Below, one piece after another: positions 26,825-39,209 of a stretch of 64,000 nt of DNA; positions within the stretch are counted from its first letter, which is position 1; every line of letters starts with the position of its first letter. The stretch comes from Felis catus (taxonomy: Eukaryota). The DNA is taken from contig NC_058383.1 of assembly GCF_018350175.1 (NCBI RefSeq), forward strand, positions 29,080,001 to 29,144,000, in the 5' to 3' direction. The notes below the pieces were generated by a model. That model was not told the DNA's origin, did no database searches, and saw only the letters and a program-made list of their open reading frames with translations. Position numbers and translations under genes: made by a program.

Positions 26825-27052
26825 TTTTTTAAGTTTTATTTATGTTGAGAGGGACGGAGATGGCGTGAGTAGGGGAGGGGAGGAGAGAGAAAGAGGGAGT
26901 GAAAGAAAGAAAGAATGAGAATATCTCAAGCAAGCGCCACACTGTCAGCTCGGAGCCCGACGCAGGGCTCGAACTCATGAAACCGTGAGGTTGTCACCTG
27001 AGCCAGAACCTAGACTGGGGCGCTTAACTGACTGAGCCACCCAAGTGCCCCC
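26825..27052 (-). mobile_element. CanSINE
   Basis: Canonical antisense body; aagggca on both flanks. Confidence 0.9.
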
Positions 27053-27239
27053 AAAGGGCAAACGTTTTCAAGGGTAACTTTGACGCAGTCTTCCTCTTTA
27101 GCCTCCCTGCACACGTGCACACTCTTGCAACTCCGCAGCGCTGGTCGCCCACCCCGAACTGAGTGCGGAAACACCTCGACTTGTCAAAGATAAGACAACA
27201 GTCGTCTGGGGAGGCTCAAGTGCTGGTAGCCACTCAGTC

Positions 27240-27800
27240 CAGCGGTAACTGCCCAAGCCCAGAAGACACATCCTCCCACTGGGCCTGTGCGCACGCGGTC
27301 TTAGGAAAGTCTTTCAAACCGTGAGGCGATCACACCGTTTTCCTCCCTTAAATAACCCACACAGCATTGAGTCCAGGCTTCCAGGGAACCAGGGACTGGC
27401 TCTGCCCGAGCTCTCTCTTTGGCAACTGCGGTGCCCGCCGGCCGCGCTCTGCCTGGAGTTGGAGAAAGAATATGCCCCCTGATCGGCAAGGCCGCCTTCA
27501 GGTAGCTACTCCTCGCGTTTCACCCCTGCCCCCGCCCCCGCCCCCCACGTTTGTGGGGAGAGAACTCGCAGGGAGAGCTGCGGAGCCCCGGGGACGCAGC
27601 CTTCCGGCCCGCCCTCGGGACTCCGCCGCCCGCTGGCCGCTGTGAGAAAATGTGGACGTGGGGCGGTGGGGATTTCTTTCCTCCTTCCCGTACCCAGAAG
27701 CCCTGCGTCAGCGCCTGCCCACCGCTCCGGGAGGAGTAGCGGATAAACTTGGCTCTGCGGGCCGGCCTCTTTAGTGTTCATGCCTCCGCCTGCGCTTTGA
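27240..27800. promoter_or_regulatory. Intragenic CpG-rich, promoter/enhancer-like element
   Basis: Locally high GC and CpG in unique sequence; tandem GC boxes cccgcccccgccccc at about 27531-27546; NRF1-like tgcgcacgcg at 27288-27297; gggcgg at 27661. Confidence 0.55.
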
Positions 27801-28064
27801 CATTTGCTGTCTTTTCCGTTCTCCTTTGCGTGTCATGTAGTCGGACGCTCAACTGTCTCAGCCACCCCGGCACCCCTAAATGTTTTTAAGTGTGACACTT
27901 GGTTGCATTATCTAACCAGTTGGCTTTGGCATTGAATGTCCAAATAGACAAAAATATCTACATTACTTTCTCCTTAGGATGTAGAAGACAAAATGAGTAT
28001 TTAGAACAACTTAAGAGATATTAACAACTCGAGGCAGGAAAGCTTAACTTAAAAAAAAAAAATC

Positions 28065-28528
28065 AGAGCGCCTGGGTGGCTCAGTCGGTTGAACGTCCGA
28101 CTTCAGCTCAGATCCTGATCTCGTGGTTCACAAATTTGAGCCCCACATCCAGCTCTGTGCTAACAACTCAGAGCCTGGAGTCTGCTTCGGGTTCTGTGTC
28201 TCCCTCTCTCTCTGTGCCTCCCCTCCTCGCATTCTGTCTCTCTCTCTCTCTCTCAAAAATAGTTGAAAACATTAAAAAAAAGTTTTTAAATCTACCTCGG
28301 GGCGCCTGGATGGCTCAGTCGCTTAAGTGTCTGACTCTTGGTTTCAGCTCAGTTCATGACCTCATGGCTCGTGGGTTCAAGTTCCGCATCAGGCTCTGTG
28401 CTGACAGTGCAGTGTGGAACTCTCTTGGGATCCTCTCTCTCTCCCTCTCTCTCCCTCTCGTTCTGTTCCTCCCCCACTTGCGCTGTCTCTGTCTCTCTCA
28501 AAATAAATAAATAAAACTTCAAAAAAAA
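28065..28528 (+). mobile_element. Two tandem CanSINEs (about 28065-28280 and 28299-28528)
   Basis: Two canonical sense copies. Confidence 0.92.
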
Positions 28529-31500
28529 CCCCAAACCTTCCTTTTTCTCCTGCTGGCAGAGAGGCTCGTAGGTTCTTCTAATGTTCAGGAGCAGAGAAGC
28601 ACTCGTTCTCTGATTTTCTGGGAGGCGCCGCCTTCCGAAAGCACTAACCACATGGGAAAAGCTGTTCTCCTGGCTCTCCCCGCCCACTCCCCCTCCGTGT
28701 CCCTCTGTCCCTCTCTTCCTCTCTCTCTTTCCTTCTCCCGCTCGCTCTCCTGGGTATACATATGTTTGACTGGAGAGAAGTGTCACTGAGTCGGCCTCAG
28801 CAGCTTTTGACAGCCTAACGTGCCCTCGTCAGAGCCCAACACTGCCTGTCGGGCTGACCACGGATTGCTGGCACCGGGAGCCTGCCATCACAGGGACACA
28901 GACTTACTTAGCAAATAAAGAGGTGACCAGTCTCCCTCAGATTGTGAAGTCCCTAGAGAAGTGATTTGGTAACATGAAAGGAGAAAAATGATGCAGGCGC
29001 AGAATGAACGTGTTAAGTGCCGAGTGGGGAGGGGCTTGGAAATTGAAATAGTTCTCATCCAGTTTCCTGCTGCCCCTTTGGCATGTTTGGGCATCCTTAG
29101 CGTTTTAATGTGTCCCCTACACACGGGACCCACCCGTGAAATACATTAGTCTTTGGGCACATCTCAGCAAAGCAGAGTAAACTTGATGTGGAAAACGAGA
29201 CTTCACTTTGTAATTCTTTGTTTGCCCTTTGGAGAAGTGTGTGATTTCTTTTTGGATACTTCTCTTCTGAGGCCAAGCATTGCCAGTTACAACAAATGCA
29301 TTTCATTGTGTCAAGGAAACCTGTATCTGAAGAGCAGATTTCATTCCTTTTGTTATGAACTGATTACCTCCCCACAAAGGGTGGGCCCCGGGCCAGCCTG
29401 GAGGGCTCCGTGAAGGCACGGAGGTGGCTGGCCGCAGTGTTAGGTGAGGTTGTTTTGGCATTTTTCCGAACCTTTCTGGTGGTGACAGATCCTACGTGGG
29501 GTGTCCTGGAGACGCTGAGGAGGCGGGTGCATTTCAGAATGTTCTGTAGGCACATCGCAGGCGTAGAGTAGAGGAGATGAAAGGTAGAGCTCAAGAGAGC
29601 GTTCGCGTTCACATGGTGGCCTCGTGGTGCCATCATGAGAGCGCCGAGTGGGGCCAGACTGGCGGCATGATAAGAAACAGTTAACGGGACCCACACGCAG
29701 AACTGTCAGGGTTTATGTGGAATCCTTTCCTTATTGGGAAAGGCTTCTGGTGGCCGACACCCTCCCTCCCAGGGGTGATGACTCACCTTGCAGGTGAGAT
29801 GGCTTGGCCCTGCCTGGCTGATAAGGGCCTGTCATTCTTGTCTCTCCAGGGCTCTCCTTCCCTCCCCGGTTCACTTGGTTAATGAATAAGCTGAGTCATG
29901 AGGTGTAAGTAAATAAATGCCTTTATCCAATGAAAACCACATCAAAACATCCAGCAGAGACATTTAATGAAGGTGTAAATATTACAGCCCAGCATCCCGT
30001 ATCTGGTTGGCTTATAAACAAACAGACTTTAAGCTTTTCACTCCTGAAACCTTTAAATCTGAAAATGGAGCTGCCCTGTCAGGCTTTTTGCAGACAGGGC
30101 TTTGGGAAGTAGAGGGAAGATGGGACGCTTATGCTTTATCGCAATGGCACTGACATTGTGGCAGATTTAATGCTTCATAAACAGCGCAACAAGCCGCCAG
30201 AAGTATTGTCCTGGCGTGTGTGGTGTGCGTTGATACTGGGCGCATATCTGGATCTGGCATCCGAAGTGTTAGCGAGAGCTAGTCCGGATTAGAGAACCCA
30301 CTTAAGTCGGACTGCGGGCCCAGCCACTGCCTCCAGCCGGCACGCAGTTCAGTTACAGGCACGCTCTGGTCGGTGAATAGGTTGTGTCCTAAAAGTTCCT
30401 TTGTTGACTAACCTTTGAGAACACAAAGCTCATTGTCGCACAGAAATGCCGTTTTGAATGGTGGGCGTCAGTGAGCCGTGGGGTGTCTCGGACTTCGGAT
30501 CAGGGCCCATTTGTGGGCCAGGAAATCAATGCTGGTCGACAGCAGTATGAAAAAAGAAGGTAGAAAGAAACAGAGCAGAAGACATCAGAGTGGGTTGCGT
30601 GTCGTCAAGGTGGGTATTGTTTGGCGATGCTGTCACAGCTTAAAACTTACTGCGCACTGCTGCCTTTGGAGCCCCAAGGACTCTGATGCAGGGGCGTTGT
30701 GCCTGCGGTGACTTAAGTCTGGCCATTTCCACTGTCTAACACTGTGACATCAGGCAAGTGACTCGTCTGGGGCTCCGTTTTGTCATGTTCACAATAGGGC
30801 ACTTCTGTGGAGGTAGGGTTACAGACGGAGTGTGTGTTAAGATTAATATATTAAGATGCTACAGAATATAGGGTAACATACCGGGGGTGGGAGCTAATAT
30901 CACACTTTGTGCACGGTAACCGTTCCGTAAGCCATGATGATTTTTTACTTGTGCTCCTTTGTGATGTATATGGCCAGACCTTAAAGACACTGTTAGAAAA
31001 TAGTGTAACTGAGGCATGTACTATTTATATTTAGTCTTCCCCGGAGTAGAATTTATTCAGTGGTCTTGACGTTTAGGGTCTGATGTTTCAAATCTGCTGT
31101 GCTGCAGAATCTCGGAGATCTTTGATTTTACCTTAAATTATTCCTGTGTAGTTGAGACATCAATCTTGATCTTCTCCCAGGGAGGATGAAGAATGGTGTA
31201 AATTACTTAGGTCTTTCAGCTGTCAGGTTGACCGAGACTAGTAAGTATGGGATTCTTCCCAAGTCCTATTTTAAGTTGTGTGTCTTAAATAAAAGGGTGG
31301 GGGCATCCTCTCTCTCTCTCTCTCTCTCCCCGCCCCCACTCCCCCTCAAAGTAACTCTCACTTTTAAACTTTGTTGGAAGTTGGTCCGTTCCTGTGTGAC
31401 TCCATCGTGAAATCCCTTCTTCCTGTCTGGTCTCCACGCCTCAACACCACTTGTAAGGAGCTGTGTCGGCACTTGAGACCTGCTTTTGTTCGTTTGTTTG

Positions 31501-31899
31501 TGTGGCTAAGGTTTAGAGCCGCTGCTTTGTGGACGGCCGTGAGGGGTAGGTTAAAACAGTCATAGAAGCATGGCATCAAAGTCAGGGGCGTCTGTCAAAA
31601 TAGAGTTTACTGCCCAGCTCATGGGGTTGTTTTGAAGAGAAGGTGCAGGGACGCGTTGGTAAGTCTGCACAGATGGCCGCTGTCTCAGGCCGGATCCTCA
31701 TCTCGTCAGCAGCTGGCCCCACGGCTGTTCTCCTGTTCTCTCGATCTGCACCCCGGTGCTCTCAGGAAGACCCAGTCCCTCACCCAGGAAACAGCCAACT
31801 TCCGGGTGCTGCCTCCTACCCCTGGATTCCTAAAGCTCTGCGCCACACCTCCCTTCTCTCAGAAGCAGATCCCATCGTGTGCCCGGGGCCCCGTGTCCT

Positions 31900-32940
31900 C
31901 TCCGGGGCCCTGTGCTGCACCTTGTCCCTGTGTCCACCCGTTGACTTCTTCCCAACAGTGTGGAAACCTGCTGAATCCCTTCTGTCTTTTCAAAAGACTC
32001 GCAAGATCCCAGTTCGCCTTTGCTCCTGATGATGGCTTTCCTTCTGCAAAGTCAAGTGCCCTGCATGTGTTGCCCCGTGTCCCCTCTCACTCGGCTGTCG
32101 GTGGACCCCGCGCACCACTCAGTCACTCTTGCAAATGTCCCTGTGACCTCCGTGCCATAAAGCCACCAGGCTCTCCCCTCCTCTGGCCTTGGTCACTCAG
32201 TCCCCTGTCCTGTTCCTTCTTGGATTCCACAGAGCCGTGCTCTCTAGGTTAGTCCCTCTCCTCCTTGGCCTGTGGCTTCCCGGGCGCCCATGCCTGCGCT
32301 TCCCCACGTGTATGATGAGGAAGTGTTGGCGTTCCTTGGAGTTCTGTTATGACTTCTTTTCTTACTTCGGGCTGTCTCCATTCCTCTTGTTCTTACCCCA
32401 TCAGGGGCAGTGGTCTTGTAGAAACACACATCAGATCACATCCCTCCCCCTGACTAAACACCCCGTGGTGACTCCCCCTGCATGCAGCGTGGCCTCAGGC
32501 CGTTGCACTGTGCCCCTCACTCTAGCTTTAGCGTGGGCTCCTCTCCGCCCCCTCCTCCGTGTCTGCCATGACGGTCTTCTACTTCCTCGGCCAAGGCTGT
32601 GCTTCCTCATTCAGAGATTGGTCACTTCATGTTCCTTCTGCTGGGAACACAGTTCCCACCCCCAAGTAGCCTCCCAACATTCCAGTCTCAGGAAAGAGCC
32701 CAGTGTCTTTTCCTTAGGGAACCGTCCCCGCATCCTGGGCCTGGCCAGCTCCCTGTGGGGCCCCCAGAGCGCCTCTCCATTTCCATCCCTCCGTACACGT
32801 GTGGCGCTCTGTTCACAGTCTGTCTCCCGACGAACACAGGGCCTGTGTCTCTGACCCACCCTCACAGCCCCGGTCGCTGAGGCTTAGAGGATGGCATGTT
32901 TGTTCCTGAATGAATGGATAGATGGATGAATGGACAAATG
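31900..32940 (+). mobile_element. Highly degenerate LINE-2 fragment
   Basis: C/T-rich sequence with L2-like motifs (cagatcacatccctcccc, ttccttctgctgggaac) ending in a tgaatgaatggatagatggatgaatgg tail. Confidence 0.5.
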
Positions 32941-33869
32941 AGAATTTAATACATCAGTGTCTGTATTCATAAACTAATGGATGCACGAAGAAGTGACCAA
33001 GTGAGAACTAAGTACATTTGTTTGTAAAGCGTTAACATAGTTCTTATAGACAGTAAATACTCAGTAAATGGGAGCTTTATTTATTTCTCGTTGACTTTTC
33101 AGCTAGGAACTATGAAAAGAAAAAGAACAAATGCAACACCAGCCGGTTAATGGAAGCAGTGTTCCTTAGTGACCTCGTTCATTGGATGCTAAGGCGCTTG
33201 GCGTAGGCCTAGGCCTCGGGGGCTTAGAGCCCAACTATCTCCCTCGCCCTCAAAGTCTACCTTTAGCCAGTTGGTGTTGGTCCTCCCCTCTCCTCCCCTC
33301 CTGCCCCTCATGTGAACATCCTCATGCCTGGATTCTTGCCTACCTGGCGTTTGCTACCAATCTGTTCCCTTCCTGTCCTCTAGATTGTGGGCCTCTTCAG
33401 GGCGGAGAATGTCCCATTTCTCCTGCCACACCCCGGCGCCCAGCGCATCACGCGGCGCCCGTGTTTGTGAATGAATGATTGAGATGAATGTCTGTAAAGC
33501 TGACTGTGGTGTTGTCAGCAGAGCTAGTGAAAACGATTGGATTTGTTTTGGCCTCAGTACGGTTTTGAAAAATATAGTTACAGACTTCTGGATTTTACAC
33601 TTGTCGAGTACGGTTGGTATACCGGTCCCCCCGTTTTCCGTTTGGTTTCCACGCTTTTGCACGGGAAAGCTTTTGCTAGATGGCGTCCGTGTTCTAAACG
33701 ACGGCGTGTCCCATGAGCTAGTGCGGACTCGGGGATGTCAGGCCACGCTCGCCTCGGGCACACCAAGGTGTGGTGAGTTACAGCTCGCTGATTCCGTGTC
33801 AGCTGTAGAACATCCATATGGGCCGCAGCGCCGTTCTCTTTGTCCGAACTACATGTTTTGTGATTTAAC

Positions 33870-34075
33870 AGCAGTAGCCTCCCTAACGAGGCACCTACTG
33901 TGTGCCAGGCCCTGTGCTAAAAGCTTTGCATGCACAGTGTCCACTCTTCTAGCTGCTTCATAAAGTAAGTAGGGAAGCCCATTTTATGGGTAAAGAAAAG
34001 AAGCCAGGGAGCACGTTAAGATTCAGGCAGGATTTGAACCCAGGCCTCTGTGGCCTCAGAACCTATGGTTTTGCC
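33870..34075 (-). mobile_element. MIR fragment
   Basis: cacctactgtgtgccaggccctgtgctaa...cccattttat...ggatttgaacccaggc. Confidence 0.65.
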
Positions 34076-34110
34076 ACTTCGTTGCCTTCCTTTTAAATAA
34101 GTCAGAGGCG

Positions 34111-34322
34111 GGGGGGCGCCTGGGTGGCTCAGTTGGTTAAGCGTCCCACTTCCGCTCAGGTCATGATCTCACGGTCTGTGAGTTCGAGCCCCGCGTCGGG
34201 CTCTGTGCTGACAGCTCAGACCCTGGAGCCTGTTTCAGATTCTGTGTCTCCCTCTCTCTGACCCTTCCCCCATTCATGCTCTGTCTCTCTCTGTCTCAAA
34301 AATAAATAAACGTTAAAAAAAA
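34111..34322 (+). mobile_element. Young CanSINE with 14-bp TSD
   Basis: TSD aaataagtcagagg at 34095-34108 and 34323-34336. Confidence 0.95.
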
Positions 34323-34848
34323 AAATAAGTCAGAGGGGTTTTAAGGTTTTAAGTCAATGTCATCCCACCTACATGCCAGCCTTTCCGCACTTTGCAGAGT
34401 GGGTTTTCCTTGCCACTTCTTCGGCCTTAATTAGAGAGCTGGGAGGTGACATGAGGCATGGGAGCAGTGGGCAGAGTGAGTGGCCGTCTGTCTTTAATGG
34501 AGGGGGTGATGTGGAGAGAACACGGTCACGGGCACGGCCTGCAGGTGGCAGAGCCAGGGTCACACGCACTTCCTTCTCTCAGCCTTGTCAGCACGCAGGG
34601 GCGCCGCCTGCCCTGGCGGTGAGGAGCCCTGAGCGGGCTCGGTAGCGCTCAGCTCTCCCTCCGCCTTCACATTTCTGTAGCCTGGTCCCCGGCCGCCTTC
34701 TCTTACCGGCGCCTCCTGTGTGTCAGTCGCTCCGTGGGGGACCTCGGGGAAGCGGAGATGACAGCTTCACATCCCCTCTGCCTCTTCCCTCGTTATTTCT
34801 GTGCATCCTCTTCCACAGACCTTGAGGGCTTTCGTTTCCACCCTTTTA

Positions 34849-36407
34849 TTAATTAATTATTACTATTTTTTAACGTAATTTTTTGTGAAGTCACCTAACA
34901 AACAGTGTGTACAGTGTGTTCTTGGTTTCGGGGGTAGATTCCCAGGACTCATCGCTTAATACAACACCCAGTGCTCATCCCAACAAGTGCCCTCCTCAGT
35001 GCCCATCACCCATTTCCCCCTCTCCCCTGAACCCTCAGTTTGTTCTCTGTATTGAAGAGTCTCTTATATTTGCCTCCCCCACTCTGTGTGTGTAACTATT
35101 TTTCCCCCTTCCCCTCTCCCATGGTCTTCTGCTAAGTTTCTCCAGTTCCACAAACGAGTAGTGAAAACATATGGTATCTTTCTCTGCCTGACTTATTCCA
35201 CTTAGCATAATACCCTCCAGTTCCATCCACGTTGCTGCAAATGGCAGATTTCATTCTTTCTCATTGCCAAGTGGCATTCCATTGTGTATATAAACCACAT
35301 CTTCTTTATCCATTCATTAGTTGATGGGCATTTGGCTCTTTCCATAATTTGGCTGTTGTTGAGAGTGCTGCTATAAACATTGGGGTACAAGTGCCCCTAT
35401 GCATCAGCACTCCTGTATCCCTTGGGTAAATCCCTAGTAGTACATTTGCTGGGTTGTCGGGTAGTTCTATTTTTAGTTTTTTTGAGGAACCTCCATGCTG
35501 TTTTCCAGAGCGGCCGCACCAGTTTGCATTCCCACCAACAGTGCTAGAGGGTTCCCCTTTCTCTACACCGCCGGCATCTGTAGTTTCTTGAGTTGTTAAT
35601 TTTAGCCACTGTGACTGGTGTGAGGTGGTATATCAGTGTGGTTTGGTTTCTATTTCCCTGATGAGGAGTGACATTGAGCATCTTTTCATGTGCCTGTTGG
35701 CCATCTGGATGTCTTCTTCGGAAAAGTGTCTATTCATGTCTCCTGCCCATTTCTTCACTGGATTATTTGTTTTTCGGGTGTTGAGTTTGGTGAGCTCTTT
35801 ATAGATTTTGGATACTAACCCTTTATCTTATATGTCATTTGCAAATATTTTTATCCATTCCATCAGTTGCCTTTCAGTTTTGTTTAGATTGTTTCTTTGC
35901 AGTGCAGAAGCTTTTTATCTTGATGAGGTTCTAGTAGTTCATTTTTGCTTTTAATTCCCTTGCCTTCAGAGACGTGTCAAGCAAGAAATTGCTGCCGCTG
36001 AGGTCAGAGGTGTTATTGTCTGTTTTCTCCTCTAGGGTTTTGATGGTTTCCTGTCTCACATTTAGGTCTTTGATCCAATTTGAGTTTATTTTTGTGTATG
36101 GTGTAAGAACGTGGTCCAGGTTCATTCTTCTGCATGTCTCTGTCCAGTTTTCCCAGCACCATTTGCTAAAGAGACTGTCTTTTTTCCATTGGATATTCTT
36201 TCTTGCTTTGTCAAAGATTTGTTGGCCATACGTTTGTGGGCCCATTTCTGGGTTCCCTATTCTGTTCCATTGATCCGAGTGTCCGTTTTTATGCCAATAC
36301 CATACTGTCGTGATAATTACAGCTTTGTAATACAGCTTGAAGTCCAGGATTGTGATGCCTCCTGCTTTGGTTTTCTTTTTCAGTGTTACTTTGGCTATTC
36401 AAGGTCT
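34849..36407 (-). mobile_element. 5'-truncated carnivore LINE-1 (ORF2 C-terminus and 3' UTR, about 1.56 kb)
   Basis: ORF pieces [25 protein letters not shown]...[18 protein letters not shown] and CPSTNEWIKKMWFIYT are L1 ORF2 with stops and frameshifts. Probable TSD caccctttta (34839-34848) / cactctttta (36408-36417). Confidence 0.95.
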
Positions 36408-36441
36408 CACTCTTTTAGCCTCAGCGCTTTGAAAAAATAGT

Positions 36442-36540
36442 TTGGCCCAGTCGCCAGAGCATGCAACTCTTGATCTCGGGTCGTGAGTTTGAGCCCCACT
36501 TTGAGTGTAGAGATTCCTTTAAAAAATAAAATAAAATCCT
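36442..36540 (+). mobile_element. Short tRNA-Lys-like old CanSINE (no CT tract)
   Basis: cagtcgccagagcatgcaactcttgatctcggggtcgtgagtttgagccccactttgagtg followed by an A-rich tail. Confidence 0.8.
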
Positions 36541-37877
36541 TAAAAGATAATACCGTCTGTTGGAGAAGTGCCCACTGCATGGAAGGAAGAACAAGGAACC
36601 AGGAATTGTGGGTCTTGAGTCCTCACCCGGTGACTAAGGCTTCCCCAGTCTCAGCTGTCAGCAGTGCTCATGCCTTGCTTTCCCAGTGTCGCTGTGAGGT
36701 TCAGGCGGGGTGACGTGCACCGATTATCACTGCCCCGGGAAGCCCGTCTTGAGAGCCGGAGCCAGAGCCTCGCTTGCAATCCAGGGCTCTCGTACACCAG
36801 CTCGGGCTTCAGCATGGACTTCTTAACCGAAGTGGTTCTGCATTTTCCTTCTCGGATGGACACAGGCCGCCAACAAGTATAAAAGCTGTGCTTCTTCCCT
36901 GCCCCTCTCCTGCCGCAGTCTTAGATTTACCTCCTGTCAAAGAACCGTGGTGGAACCCAGTTGCCAAAAACATGGCTAGAGCACAGGCCCTGCCCTCAGA
37001 GAGCACCGGGGCCTGTCGGGTAAGAGTGAGGAAAGAGCGGGCATCGAGGCCGGCAGCCGGCCACGCGAGGCTGTGGCTGACGGCCTGGACGGCACCCTAG
37101 CACACTGGCACTTTCTCAGCAAGACTCGAGAAGGGCCTGGCTCTGGAGGGGAAGGAGGGACAGCAGAGGGTAAACCAGAGGCCGCCGCTGTCCAGGCAGG
37201 CCGGCTCACCGCCGTGACCTGTTCAGACAGCAGCGCACCTGTGTTCGGTCCCCCATTCCTGCCCTGGCCTCGGGCTGGGCCTGCTGTCTCTGATCGATGG
37301 AGGGGATGTCCACTCACAAACACAGGAAGATGTTCAGAGTGACCGTTAGGGTCGAGTGTTGGTGTTTTGTTTTGAACTCCTTTCTCTAAAGACTTTAAAG
37401 TTTGGGTTCCAGTAGAATCCAAGAGAACAGCTGCCATGCTCTGTCTGGTAAACGGGGAGAGGTGGTCAAGCTGTTGTAAACCCAACCTGGTCAAAATCAG
37501 GTGGAACGTGAGAAAACTCGTGTTTACCACGTTCATATTTAGATAAACGAGCAAACACAAAACGACATTTGGCGTCACCCTGGTGTGGGGTGACGACCCA
37601 AAATGACAGCACCGTGGTGCAGGGCCCTGAGCTGCGGTCGTGGGAGGAGGAGGGAGAGGACCTCTTCCAGTGTCTGACGTAGGCAGGCATGACGGTTAAA
37701 GCACACGCTGACGCCCAGGGAGTCGGGCTGCGTCTGCAGAGCGTCTTCGGCTGGTGGGTGAACGTACCGGCTTATCAGGCTTCTCTGTCAGGTACACAGA
37801 ACTGTTGTGGAGAGACAGACTCTGATTCTCTTGAAAGACAGAGGTAGAAAAAAAAAAATTAAAAAAAAAAAAAAAAA

Positions 37878-38100
37878 GGGGCGCCTGGGTGGCGCAGTCT
37901 GTTAAGCGTCCGACTTCAGCCAGGTCACGATCTTGCGGTCCGTGAGTTCGAGCCCCGCGTCGGGCTCTGGGCTGATGGCTCAGAGCCTGGAGCCTGTTTC
38001 TGATTCTGTGTCTCCCTCTCTCTCTGCCCTTCCCCCGTTCATGCTCTGTCTCTCTCTGTCCCAAAAATAAATAAACGTTGAAAAAAAAAAAAAAAAAAAA
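37878..38100 (+). mobile_element. Young CanSINE (SINEC_Fc-like) with 16-bp TSD and extra 5' A-tract
   Basis: TSD gaaagacagaggtaga at 37833-37848 and 38101-38116; pure A20 tail. Confidence 0.96.
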
Positions 38101-38848
38101 GAAAGACAGAGGTAGATACCTGCATTAACCCTGAATGACCCCATCTGGGACCCTTGCAACGCCCATGGTGTCATGAAAAGAATGTAGGCTTTGGTTTGGA
38201 TCCTAGCCCAAGCACTTCAGGTCCTTGGGCTAGTGCCTTGGTCTGAGCCTCACTTTCTTCACCTGTGTAGTCAAGATAACGCTCACAGGATTCCCCATGC
38301 CTGGCGGAGGGAGCATCCAGTAAATTTCTCCTTCCCGGAGCGATTAGACTGGTAAGAATGAAGCGTGAGACATTGAGAACTTAATGTCCGCTGCGGATGG
38401 CCGTGGCAGATGCTACACGCGGGGCTGATGGTACACCTCACCGACCTCAGCCGTCAGGTGGCCAGGTGGCACTGATGTGCCTGGCTTCCTGAGGAAGTTT
38501 GGAGATGCGGCACCGCCGTGTCACTGAGGACATTGAACCTGGAGAGACTCTCACCTTGTCTTTGAGACACCTTCCAACTTGGAGCATCTGTCCTAGAAAC
38601 GGCCCTTAGTACTTGGACAGGGTAAACTACAGAAAACCTGAAGAATTTGTTTGTTTCAGATGTAAGGGACATCTGTGAAACTGCCACTCAACCAGGGACC
38701 TAAACTGCTAATAAATTACATCTTTCTGTTGTTCCTCCCGGTCCCATCCTTCTGGTTCCCTGCCGGGGGCGACCGCTCTCCTGAAAGCTGTGTTGATCAT
38801 TTTCTTGCTTTTTTGTTCTCTGTCTCTCTGACTGTCTCTGTCTTTGTT

Positions 38849-38850
<2 letters not shown>

Positions 38851-38928
<78 letters not shown>
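38851..38928. repeat. Compound (CT)n(CA)n microsatellite
   Basis: Read directly. Confidence 0.97.
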
Positions 38929-38930
<2 letters not shown>

Positions 38931-38959
38931 GCACACCCTCACACCTCCTGGGATATATT

Positions 38960-39178
38960 TTTTGTTTGTTTGATTTTTGTTTCAGAACACAATAAAAAGG
39001 TGTCATTCTGCAAATGAACTTCTAGGACTTGAATTTCTCATTCACTATTATATCCCTAAGATCCATCCATTTTATTATATGTTGTTGTAGTTCATTTGTG
39101 TTTACTGATACATAGTATTGCATTGTGGGAATATACCACAATTTGTCCATTCACCTGCTGATGGACATTTGGATTGCG

Positions 39179-39209
<31 letters not shown>

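Noticed and set aside
31632..32854. Long ORFs of 206 and 221 aa
   Set aside because: Non-ATG starts, Pro/Ser/Leu/Cys-rich composition, no recognisable domain, and overlap with degenerate L2-like GC-rich DNA.
35931..36245. 104-aa ORF with protein-like sequence
   Set aside because: A fragment of L1 ORF2 inside a truncated, disrupted retroelement.
36442..36540. tRNA-Lys-like sequence as a tRNA gene
   Set aside because: Degenerate 5' end, A-rich tail and no intact acceptor stem; it is a tRNA-derived SINE.
36976..37578. 200-aa minus-strand ORF (also 42859-43410, 183 aa)
   Set aside because: No recognisable family or splice support; expected by chance in GC-rich intron.
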